Below, one piece after another: positions 1-11,900 of a stretch of 64,000 bases of DNA. How positions within the stretch are numbered: the first letter of the stretch is position 1; each line of letters opens with the position of its first letter. Source of the stretch: Phoronis australis (lineage: Eukaryota; Animalia; Phoronida). The stretch covers positions 393,126 through 457,125 of the forward strand of contig NMRA01000258.1 of NCBI GenBank assembly GCA_002633005.1. The letters run 5' to 3'. The position numbers were made by a program, and so were the translations under genes. The notes beneath the pieces were generated by a model. The model did not search any database. It was not told the origin of the DNA and saw only the letters and a list, made by a program, of their open reading frames with translations.

Positions 1-86
1 GTGTACCTGGCATGTTAGATTGCCTATGCCTTACTAAAAGAATGCGACAATTTTCATCTCAAGTTGGGTGTTCCTTATTGTTTCAG

Positions 87-215
87 ATACCCGAAGACAG
101 TGCTGACATCATAGTGGTAAAAGCTCTTGATCTCTGGCAGAAGTATGGAAACATTACAGAGCCAAGTGTTTCGAGAGGCGAGTCTCCAGTCATAATAGAG
201 CGACCTCCCAGCTGA
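87..215 (+). CDS. Probable last coding exon of an unidentified gene entering from the left (IPEDSADIIVVKALDLWQKYGNITEPSVSRGESPVIIERPPS*)
   Basis: Pyrimidine-rich acceptor ttccttattgtttcag at 71-86, then 42 open codons of protein-like composition ending in TGA at 213-215, followed by AT-rich UTR-like sequence. Family not recognised. Confidence 0.55.
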   Translation: MPEDSADIIVVKALDLWQKYGNITEPSVSRGESPVIIERPPS

Positions 216-2468
216 GAATAACGGAATGTATTCAGTGCACTGTACGATATATTGCCAAGTACACCAGCCAATTGGCATGGGGAACACCACAGAGGCGTCA
301 GCTCAAGAATTTATTGTTGCATCTCATGACTAAATTGCTCAATGGGTGCTCTTATCTGTCATTCTGATTGTATACAGTGTTATGTAATGATTTATAGTTT
401 ATCATGCAGTGTTCGGTGTTGGCTGCATTTTTGCATCATTCGAAGAAGACATTGTGTTGATAAATTGTCACTGACATTCAATCCAGTTTTGACAGGATTT
501 GATACATTACAGATAAACCATCCCTTTTATTTCTTGGTTATTTTCCCGTATTTTACACTCGTTAAGTACCAGAAGATTCGTCTCCTGTTTCAAATAATCA
601 TCGTCCATACGTCGTTCATTGCTAGCGTAATGATTTCCGAACTGTTGTCAGGGACCCCAAAAACTTGAAATGTACCACATAAATTTTAAAAGGTAGGTCC
701 ATTGGTCCCGTGTAGTGCTAACACTGGTCATGTTCAGAAGCACTTCAATGCATGTCTGATTGGAACAGTTTAAATGGAATGCCGTACATTTGTTAAAGCT
801 GCACTTTTTAGTTTTTTGGGCAGCTAAACAACTGGAAATGCAGAGTTATGTGCTATGCTCCCAATAATTGTGCCAATCAGCTGTGAATCATTTGTCTACA
901 GACAAATCTGTTGTAAAATACAGCATTTTTAACCCACATCCATATGAATAATACATATTGGTTTTATGTAAGTGTTCACCTTTAGTGTACTGTAAAAAGA
1001 ACAACAAACTGGTAGTAATCCATAATTATTACAGGTAGGTCTAAAAGATAAACACTACAATGACAATAATTTGAAAAGCTTCTCTTACAACACATAACAA
1101 CGTTGGGTCGACATACACATTTAACACTTTACACTTGCGTAGCAAAACGTGGAGAATGTAAAGATGCCATTATAAAACGAGTGACAAAACCTGAATATTG
1201 CAACATGCAATCAGTAATCCAAGTGACCAAACAAGACTTGTTGACACGAGGCAGCACTACATGGGCAACCAATACAGTATGGGAATACCCGAAAGGAAAA
1301 CGAGAAAAGATGACGCTTTTTTGAAAACGTACCATCCATACAATTTGTATCATATCTGACTTCAACAGGAAAAAATCCTACATCAAATTGAGGAAAATGG
1401 TCGTTTTTAGACACTCTATGTCCTGAGTGACCTGTTGCGCATGAAAATAATTTTCAAATGTGTCTGTTTTACTCAATTGTGTGTCCAGGTTAATTACATT
1501 TTAGGCAGTAAGTGCATGAAACAGATCCAGATATGGAATCCACTAAGTTCCTCAAATATTCTGTAAGGACAACTAGCGTTTGCTAAAGTCCACAAATGTG
1601 GTGAAAAAAAGTTAGAGAACATAGTTGAACCACTGTTGTGACTGTTTCATGCAACTGACCACAGGTCAGATGGATTGGGACACGAGTCATCATTGTGCAT
1701 AGCAATATAAAAGCTGATTTCGCATTAACAACATGCTGTTTGGCTTTAGTTTGAATTGCTGCAAGTGATGGAGACTGGCAGTAAATGCAGATAGTGTAGA
1801 TTGCATGAGCCAGATCTGCTGCTGAAACCAACAGAGCGACAACTTACTAAATACAATGTTGCTCCACTGCTCACTCAAAAATTAACTTTTATCACAGCAA
1901 TAATAGGTCACCGTTGCATTACCAAAATCTTCCTCTCGGAGACCTTTTTGTGGCAAAGGGGAGTTAGTACATGGATGGTACATAATATTTTGGTAAACTG
2001 TCTCGGTAACCAACAGCTAGTCACCGAGGACCCACGCAAAACTGACAAGCGTGAGAGATTGATTAATAAGAGTGCATAACTAAGTGTGAGGTTCATAATG
2101 GCTCAAGTTGGAGTGACCAAAACTATACAACTGCCTACTCATCAAAAGTGACTCAATAAATCTACAGAACACGTGACTTACACATATAAATACAAAAATT
2201 GATAATTCATACAACGTAACATCCTCGCATCAATTTGCAATTTCCTGCCAATTAATGTAATATCACCGGTGAATTGACAAGATAGTGCAAATTGATGGGA
2301 GGTTCATGCCAAACATGTCCATAAACAACGGCCGCATACCATCACTCTAAGCAAGACTTCACAATGTTGCCTGACTGTACGATTCTATAGTCCATACAAA
2401 TATGCGTACACTCAACACCTATGGTCTTTTGCACATAAGTCTTACCACAAGGGAGTAACACAGGTCAC

Positions 2469-2611
2469 CATGGGCAGCGCAGCACTGAAAAAAGTGGGGG
2501 CTAAAGCCCCCTCACCCCCCCAGTGGTGCACCACCTATAGACCATGTGCGGTGTGGCACTGAAAAAGTGGGGGGCTATCGCCCCCCAGCCCCCTATGGTG
2601 CGCCGCCCATG
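2469..2611. mobile_element. Tandem dimer of a ~70-bp mini-MITE (CATGGGC..GCCCATG termini)
   Basis: Two similar units, each with gcactgaaaaagtggggg and gccccc. Outer termini catgggcagcgca / tgcgccgcccatg are inverted, and gtcac flanks both sides. Confidence 0.5.
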
Positions 2612-2846
2612 GTCACTCACATAGGTATGACTGATGAATTCTGAATCAAACCTAAATCTGGCCTAATTATAGCCACTTTTCATCGACACTGCACATTCAT
2701 TTTTGCTGCAATAAATATGTCATATTTACAACTGAAAAAATTCTTTCATCAGACACCAAATAAAATCTGCACAAATGTTTCAGTTGGACACATGAGGGGA
2801 AACGAACTTAACTTCCACTTCCACTTAATGGTTTGTTTTATCCAGA

Positions 2847-2902
2847 GGTTGAACACAAACTACAGCACTACCAGTGGTTGAACACAAACTACAGCACTAC
2901 CA
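2847..2902. repeat. Two-copy ~30-bp direct repeat (ggttgaacacaaactacagcactacca)
   Basis: Direct duplication visible in the sequence. Confidence 0.8.
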
Positions 2903-4389
2903 ATTTATGCAGATGAGGATGAATGAGCCAATAATAAAAGTACACAATCTAAGGTGAATGACCACAAAGTTACTCAACCCTCATAAAACTTGTAATGCAA
3001 TACACACCCTTTAGGCATTTCAGTTCTGGCAATGTCTCTTCTCACATGTCTACTTCATTAGCACATAATACCCTACAAGTCATATCAAGATTCCACAAAT
3101 AAGACCGTGTAAAACAGTGGTAAGTCGACATTTGGTGCTGCTCTCGACAAAAAAGTTGACAGAAATCCTAGTGACAAGAGTTGGGAGGTGGCTTTTGCAA
3201 GATGTGGAGTATTGATACATTGCACGTTTGAGCTGCCACATAGATCCTTTCTTGATTTCTGTGCCAAAGTACCTATCTCTACAACAAAATCGTGTAAGAA
3301 ATGAGCCGCATTCACCTTTAAACCAGTAAATGGTCGGAACAAAGTTTTTCACATTCATGGAAACCGACAGAAGGCGGGTATACTGGGCGGTAGATTGCAA
3401 ACATGACAAAACTGTTTTCTTTGACAAATTGAGAAAAGCCAACAGCAATAAAAGCATGCTTCAAAGTTCCAGAAACTCTGTGTAGTTTAGATGCCACCAT
3501 AAGTGTACTCGGTGATAATTGCATGTCTTTCACTTCATTGGTTTGTTCTTCACTATTGCCATTTTGCTTATCTTTGTTCCTGTTTGCAGTAGAAAGCAGT
3601 GCAATCTAGTTTTGACCAGATTTCCTATGCGTCTTGCTCTCAAAAGTCAAGCCTGTGTCATTTCTCAGCTGCTTCCCTACTCGGTAAAGTATTCTGCAGC
3701 CACACGGAAGGAGTACACACACAGAGTCAACAGATCGTGTCTTAAAGAATTCTTGCCACAACAAAGCACCTTTACAGAATGAACAATCGATAATCATACA
3801 TTCATTACATATTTCCAACAGAGGTCCTCACTGCTGACAGTACTCAATATGCAAAACCAATCATTTGCTTCTAAATACAATTTGACCTTTACCACCTTAC
3901 AAAACCCGACTTGAGAAACGAATGAGTCACATACCTTGGACAGACTTCCAGTCACTTTTAGACAGAAGACATTGCAAAGAAAAGAAAAACGATGGCTGTA
4001 CAAGAAATAGAAGTCGCAGACAATTTTTTGTTCATCAATTAAAAAATGTCTCAACAATTGCATTTTTATTGACCTCATGACCCAACACATGGGCCATCAC
4101 ATTGCATTACTACTGGCACACTATCTTATCGTCAACTCAATGAAAGTGAACAGTCAATCAATGAGTATGGGAAAGTCAAAATCGGGTCGCATGTGAAATG
4201 CTAATTTTTCTAAATTTCTGTCAACACAATGCATGATAACAGATGGTAAATCAACCCATAAAAGGGGTTGCATATCTGAACACCGACAATGTAAAATTTA
4301 GTGTCCCACATATAACTCTCGAATTGCACATCAAATATTTACACACCTCGAAATTACGATCGTGTGAACACATTTATCAGCAGAAATAA

Positions 4390-4672
4390 TACAGCAAATA
4401 TAACCGCTGGAAAATCGAACCCTTCAAAAGATATTCACTCGAAGATTTGTCATTTTATTATCCGCTTGTCACTCCATCATTTCCATTTTTCACCTGATGG
4501 TGAACTAAGGCTTTCACTTAGTTCATTGGCTGGCATTTGGGTCACTACTAACTATAATAGGATGTCAGTCGGTCAAAATCTATTAGCACAAGATGGCAGA
4601 CAACTTGACTCGACATTGCTACAGACAGGTAAAAAGAAGCAAAATATAACTGGACAAGGCCATTTATGGTTC
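4390..4672 (+). repeat. Dispersed repeat, copy 1 (related to 52070-52345)
   Basis: Colinear shared blocks such as caaatataac, actcgaagatt, gcttgtcactc, gtgaactaa, ttcacttag, ggctggcatt, gggtcactac, cacaagatggcagac and aaatataac. Confidence 0.7.
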
Positions 4673-5927
4673 CATGAATACCTTAGTTAGTACTACCACA
4701 CTCAAGTGTTTCCCCCACACTGAGGATTTCTTCTGATTGATGTTCATTTCCCAGAATCGAGCAAAAAATTAAATGGACCCTCAGCTCTGTTTGAGCTGAG
4801 CATATCCTAAATAATAAACTGACTTCACCTGTTCAAAGTCAAATTTTGATAAATATTGTGATTTTGTTTAAGAACAGTCAACTTCAAACTTTGGTATTCA
4901 CTGCAAGTATGCATGGCATGTTGGTACGTCGAACCAAATCATCAGTTGCACAACCCCTTAACTCGAATTTGTAAACCATTGACACACGTTTCTTGTACAC
5001 GACTCACGTTTTTAAGTCTATGACTGCAGCTTTCAGGTGAAATGTACTCCTGGTGCTTAACCCAGTGGCACTGAGGGGATTGTGTACAAGGTATATGACT
5101 CACATTCCTTTCACAAGCTTGCCAATGGGACCCAGTAAACTTTAATCAAACTTCAATCACGACTTCCAGTCAATTTGACTAGTGATCTGCTTCTCAATGA
5201 TGGATAAACTACAGGCACATATCCAATGATTCGTCATGTGACAGTTACCACATGTACCCAATCACTAGCAACATTATTTAGTGGGTGATATAAACAGATC
5301 AAAACATTCAAAGAAATATTCAACTATTATTAGTAGTTTTCAAGAAAAAATATACAAAATTTGATCACGACGAAAGTTGACAAAATTTTGAAGCAAAACT
5401 TTATCGCTGACTTTCAAATGACTTTGTGCTAGTTTTCGTCCGATTTCTTTCTCGCTTTTTAGCCACAACTTCAACAGTCACACAAATGTTGACAATATTC
5501 GTATTTTTTCCTGAAAACTACTGTATGTCTGAGTATTAGTTCATATTTCATAATTGAAAAACTGTACCATACACATGAGCCAATCACAAATCGAATGAAC
5601 GTATTGAGTGAATCAACCATCCATCTGAACTTAACACTACCATTGTGGTTATCCTCACTAGGTTTAAGTACCAGAGATCCACTCAGAAAGTTGGCATAAA
5701 ACATCAAAATGAGTCATAAGTCTACACTTTTAGTGGGTAGCAAAAGTGTCACCATTTAAAACCGAACCATCCACTGTTGCCAAACAGACTATTTCCACCT
5801 CGTCAAAATGCATTGCCAGCAACATAGGCAGCTACCATCAGATGCACCAGGTGATGCCCAAAATGGATTGCTCTAATTGGCTGGCTGGTGTAGTGACTCA
5901 TACCACACCCCTCCGTCAATCATGACC

Positions 5928-5963
5928 TCACATCTGACAGTAGGGGCTTTGGACTTTCAGAAA
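5928..5963 (-). CDS. SHOC2: SHOC2 final coding exon ([11 protein letters not shown])
   Basis: Acceptor tttctgcttttcag; resembles the human C-terminus FLKMQGPYRAMV; TGA at 5930-5928. Confidence 0.85.
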   Translation of the reverse strand, partial: FLKVQSPYCQM

Positions 5964-8900
5964 CTGAAAAGCAGAAATGCAAACATTAGAACAGACAGAG
6001 CGGTGTCATAAAACTGGCTGTGTTAAGGTTATGTGTACCCTATTTCACAAACAAGAGCAACGCGGAACGTTGAAATGCGCCCACGAATGCATGGCAAATG
6101 GTGTGCTTTAAGGGTTGCTTTTTTTGTGTCATAGAAATGGCCACTAGATTGTCCAAAAACATACAATCCATCTGAAAACGGGAACATGTCATTGCTTCTT
6201 TAAAAGAAAGTGATACATCGAATTTCATAGAAATCTGTCACGGAACTTTAGAGAAACAAACAAAAACAAAATAAAATAAAATTGCTGCTAGGAGGCACAG
6301 TGTTCAGTGTATCGGCCTTAAAGTCATCATTGTCTGTTGTTAGCTTCATGTAAATACACTTACTAAATTTAATAAAGATCCTGCAGTGGGTTTAAAAGAT
6401 ACAGCTATGGACGCAAAACAAAACAAAACTACCACTAGGTGGCACCAGTGTAGTCAAAGTCTTCATCATCAACCCTCCTCTTCACACTGAGCACAATACG
6501 CAAATTTTCAAAACCATCCTTAGAATTATTTGGTTGATAGAGAAGTAGACGCCAAATAACAGACTCAAAAACAGCAAAAATGGCCACTAGCAGGCGCAAA
6601 GTACCTTGATTCCATCCGAAAATGGGAGGATAGCATCATCTCACCAATAGATGCCTGTATTCAAAATTTTCTGAAAATCTTTTGAGGACCTTTTAAGATA
6701 TAGAGGTAAACGTAAAACTAAAATTGCCACTAGGGGACACAGCAGTTAGTCAGATCCATCCCAAAATCACCGTCGTCCGTTGTCAACATCATATAAACAC
6801 ATTTCTTAAGTTTTGTAAAGATCCTGCAAACGGTTTAGGAGACACAGCCATGGGCGCAAAAAAAGAAACTGCCACTAGGAGGCGCCACAGTACCCGAAGT
6901 CATCAGAAAATCATTCTCAGCCATCCACTTCATAGTAAAAACATATATTGTGAAAGCGGTTTGGTTGATAGAGAGGTGGATGCCAAACAACAGACTAAAA
7001 AACAGTAAAAATGGCCACAAGGTGGCGCAAACTAGGTCGAATCCATTTGAAAACAGAAAGGTAGAGTCACCTCACTAAAAGAAGCCCGTACACCAAATTT
7101 TATGAAATTACGTTGAGGACCTTTGAAGATAGAGGCAAACGTAAAAAAAATAAAACTGCCACTAGGTGGCACGCCAGTTGTCAGATCTGTCCGAAAGTCG
7201 TTGTCGTCCATTGTCAACATCATATAAATGCACTTACTAAGTTTAGTAAAAATGCTGCAAACGGTTTAAGAGATATAGCCATAGGTGCAAAAAAAACTGT
7301 CACTAGGAGGCGCTACAATAGTCGAAGTCGTCAGAAAATCATTGACAACCGTCCTCTTCATAGTAAGAACATACACGCCAATTTTCACAATCATGCTTAA
7401 AGCGGTTTGGTTGATAGAGCGGTGGACGTCGAAAACAGTAAAATTGGCCACTAAGTGGCACAAACTACGTCAAATCCATCCGAAAACAGGAGGATGCCGC
7501 TGTCTCACTCATAGATGCCTATATACCAAATGTTATNNNNNNNNNNNNNNNNNNNNNNNNNNNNNNNNNNNNNNNNNNNNNNNNNNNNNNNNNNNNNNNN
7601 NNNNNNNNNNNNNNNNNNNNNNNNNNNNNNNNNNNNNNNNNNNNNNNNNNNNNNNNNNNNNNNNNNNNNNNNNNNNNNNNNNNNNNNNNNNNNNNNNNNN
7701 NNNNNNNNNNNNNNNNNNNNNNNNNNNNNNNNNNNNNNNNNNNNNNNNNNNNNNNNNNNNNNNNNNNNNNNNNNNNNNNNNNNNNNNNNNNNNNNNNNNN
7801 NNNNNNNNNNNNNNNNNNNNNNNNNNNNNNNNNNNNNNNNNNNNNNNNNNNNNNNNNNNNNNNNNNNNNNNNNNNNNNNNNNNNNNNNNNNNNNNNNNNN
7901 NNNNNNNNNNNNNNNNNNNNNNNNNNNNNNNNNNNNNNNNNNNNNNNNNNNNNNNNNNNNNNNNNNNNNNNNNNNNNNNNNNNNNNNNNNNNNNNNNNNN
8001 NNNNNNNNNNNNNNNNNNNNNNNNNNNNNNNNNNNNNNNNNNNNNNNNNNNNNNNNNNNNNNNNNNNNNNNNNNNNNNNNNNNNNNNNNNNNNNNNNNNN
8101 NNNNNNNNNNNNNNNNNNNNNNNNNNNNNNNNNNNNNNNNNNNNNNNNNNNNNNGATCTTACCCAATGTAGAACCCTTGATCTTACCCAATGTAGAACCC
8201 TTGATCTTACCCAATGTAGAACCCTTGATCTTACCCAATGTAGAACCCTTGATCTTACCCAATGTAGAACCCTTGATCTTAAGACTTGGAGGCTGCAAAG
8301 TCACCACAAGGCCTCAACAAAGTTGAGAGTTCACTTTTGGTTGAGAGTATAAATGAGTGAACAGAAAAAGTATGCCACAGATGGTCACATAACAGTGAAC
8401 AGAAATGAGGCCATCCTTAAAATACTTTCTTTTCTCCAACCCATCACTCGGCGAGATGAGTAGACACAGGCAGTTGAAATACTTTATACTTTTACAGATT
8501 CTATTCTTATATTAATTTTGTTGCAATACTTCTATTTATATGTGAAAAGATAATTCTGCTGATGGATTCCAACTAGAATGTTTAGAGTGACGCATAACAT
8601 ATGGGTAGTGGTGGGAGTGGAAAAAATGAAAATTAATTTACATTTTGAGGTCTGTTTCATCAAAAGTGGCAACTTGAGTAAAAAAAATTTTTGCTGTTGA
8701 AGAAAAACATTCATTGTCACTTCAATTACCAAATGAAAAAAGTCTCTGTGAATATACCAATATCTACTAGTTTCTAAGCAGTCCAAATAATTATATATTT
8801 TCTGAACCTTTATTCTTCAGTTCTAAAGCAGAGCCCAAGACCAGATTTCTGACTTGAGAGTCTTGAGTCACTTTTCACAACACAGATCCTATGTAGGGCA

Positions 8901-11900
8901 TTGTGATTTGAAGAGACCATTCTGTCACAGTATTCTGTTCCATTATGACTATAATTTGTACCTGAGGATGAGATATGCCTAATGTCGAAACGTTATTCAT
9001 GTTCCACTCTAGCGCCATATTTGTTTAAACATCATGCTTCTGATTTGGCCAAAAACTAATATTAGACCTATGATCTTGTGGTGTTTTCCCACTTTTGTCA
9101 TGTGTACCCCACAGTAGCAGTACGAACCCAAGAAATCAGGGCAATCTTCCAATAGAAATGTGATGTTAGAGATACAATTCTACTTCCAGGACCAACTGAC
9201 CACTGCAGTCTGTTGTAGCATGATTGCAAATCTAACTGAAATGTTAGCGAGCGTAATTCTTTTTCTACCTCAGAACACTTACCAATTTCTTCAGGGATTG
9301 CTTTCAGATCATTCTCCCCCGCTCCCAGATATTGTAAATTGCTAAGATGTCTGGAAGGCAATTAAGACGTTATTTAATCTCTTACAATAATGTGATGAAT
9401 TTTAAAATTTGAATTACAGGTTCGTATATTCTCACCTCCAGACAAAAAGAAAACTGTTTGCGTATGAGAAAAGTATACGAGTGAAGCCAACTTGCTGCGC
9501 CAAGTCTTAAGTGATACAGTGAACATTGTCCAATTTCGGACGGTGAAAAATTATTTCATATGAAACTTTCAGGCACCATACTCACTGCGCTGTTCATCAA
9601 AAAAACAATTAGGAATGGTTTTTAAAATATTCCACATTTATAAAAACACAAAACTTATATAATTTTTATAAAAAAAATCAAAGTAGTGCTAAAACGAAAA
9701 TGATATGATAAGCTTTTTTGAGACTTCACCTCGCACATTTACATCAAACAAAATATGATCATTCTATTGATACTATTGTTTTGCTAAGAATGCACCTTTC
9801 TTTTTTCAAAAATTTTATTAAAAACACACGCTCACGTGATCCCATCAATAGCAGATTAGTATTACGCCAATAATCAAATTCTACTGGCTTTCTACAAGGT
9901 TAAAATCTTTGGCTAAATTCACCAACAAGGCGATGTTCTACACAACCTTACTATGTTCAACACAAAAATTCAAATAAAACACAAGCCAGTTAGACAGTAT
10001 GGACATGGGCAAACTACACAGTCTAACAATATACGAAGAAACTTGACATGACTGTTGACCAATCGTTACGTAAGGTAAAGTCTGGCACATCCACAGAGTG
10101 GCACATGACAGCTTAAGTGCAAAGAACTCACCCAACGGCTTTGGGTAATGAGGCCAAACAGTTGGATTGTACTACCAAACGTGTCACTTCCTTTAGGCAC
10201 CCTGCAGAGACGAGAGCACAGAATGATAACAAAGTGGACAGAGGGCACTGTAAGAACTATGAAATAAAGACAGAGGACAGTGTACGTACTTTAAAATACG
10301 GACAACTTCTAACAGTGTGCGTGCGTGTGTGCATGTGATGACCTAGCCTTGTTTCGTTTCAATAAATGATTGAAAAACGTTCAAGGCATCAAACGCTCTA
10401 GCTGTTTTATTTTTTTTGCGGCAGCCAAGGGAGGAGGGCCCGGACCCCTTGCCCCCCACTAAATCCGCCAATGAATCCACAGCTATAAGAACATATTTAA
10501 TGTTCTGCAGCACTCCATTAAACTTCAAAAATAGCACTGTCTCTGATCTGCGCCAGACTAATTTTGAAATTTGCACCTTACAGAAGGCACCAGGTGGCAC
10601 TAGTTAAAAAGAAGGACCCCGCTCCATTTTAGCTGGCATCAGGTGACGCTGGGGGCAAAAAAAGGCGAACTCTGGTCCATTTTATTTGGCATCAGGTGAC
10701 ATTGGAAAAAATGGAAGGATCACGATTCACTTTAGCTGGCAGCAGCAGACTTGTTCTTTTTGAAAAAATGGACATCAAAAAACCGCATCGCCACATCATT
10801 TTTCAAATAACTACAGACCAGAATCAATTATGTCATTTCATTGACCTTGTCTACGTTTTGAATGACGTGACTACATTTAAAGCTGCATTTTGTCCTGTTT
10901 AGTTGGCAGGAACAAATATCAAATTAGGCCTTTTATATTTAAAAAGTTAAAATGTTCCTTATAGTGATAAGATTCTAACTGAAATCACAGCCAATGCGCA
11001 CATGTGCCAATTTCAATAGTTCCAATGTTCTTGTTGGGAACGAAAATCGAATGCTATCATTGTAAGCGATATTACGAGACTGATTTTATGAAAGTGAATG
11101 GCCACATTCGATGTTCGGTTTTAAGCCAGCCATACAGGATGAAATGCGGCTTTAAATCTGTGGAGCTGTCAAAGGGCAAGCCTACGTTGTTAGTGTTATT
11201 TCTTACTAAAAATACAAATCACCGGTTATCTTAAAAAAATCATTTAACTTCACATAACCATAACTCGGCCATTTCTGCAGACTTTAACATCAAGGAAACA
11301 CATCGACGAGCTCAAACATTCAGTAAGCTTGGTCCCCGAAGTCGAATGTTAATTAAAACATTCCTTTTAATGAACAACATGTCTTCCCTTAGGGCTGTTC
11401 CAGTAAAATCTGTATGGGAGGGGGAAGGCACCTTTTTTTTGCACCCACCACCCATATTTTTCATTTATTTCTTCAACCTACCACCCGTAATTTTTTTGTA
11501 AGTTTGAAATGCAACCACCCGAAATTTTTTTTTGTTCTTGTGGTTGACTGCACAGGCGCTTGAGTTTATCTGTTCCTCCATCACCACTAACGTCATTCAT
11601 TACTAAGAAAACATATGTTTCTTATATATGGTAATTAGCCATCGAGAAATTCGAGCACCTGTGGTTAACTGGTGTTATGGGCATGCCGATGAGGAGATCG
11701 GAGGGAGTGAAAAAGTCGGAGCTTTTTGCAAGTTGCAATTTTGTTTCAGTTTTTGATTCTGTGCGGATTGTTTATAAAATTTACTAAAATTACCCACCAT
11801 CAAACATTTATGGCCCAATGAAACAACAACAACCTGTAAATTTTAATTTTTTTAAGTACGACCACCAGCCATTTTGAATTTAAATCAAACGCAACCACCC

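Noticed and set aside
7285-8352. Long ORFs of 218-355 aa
   Set aside because: Artefacts of translating through Ns and a 24-bp repeat.
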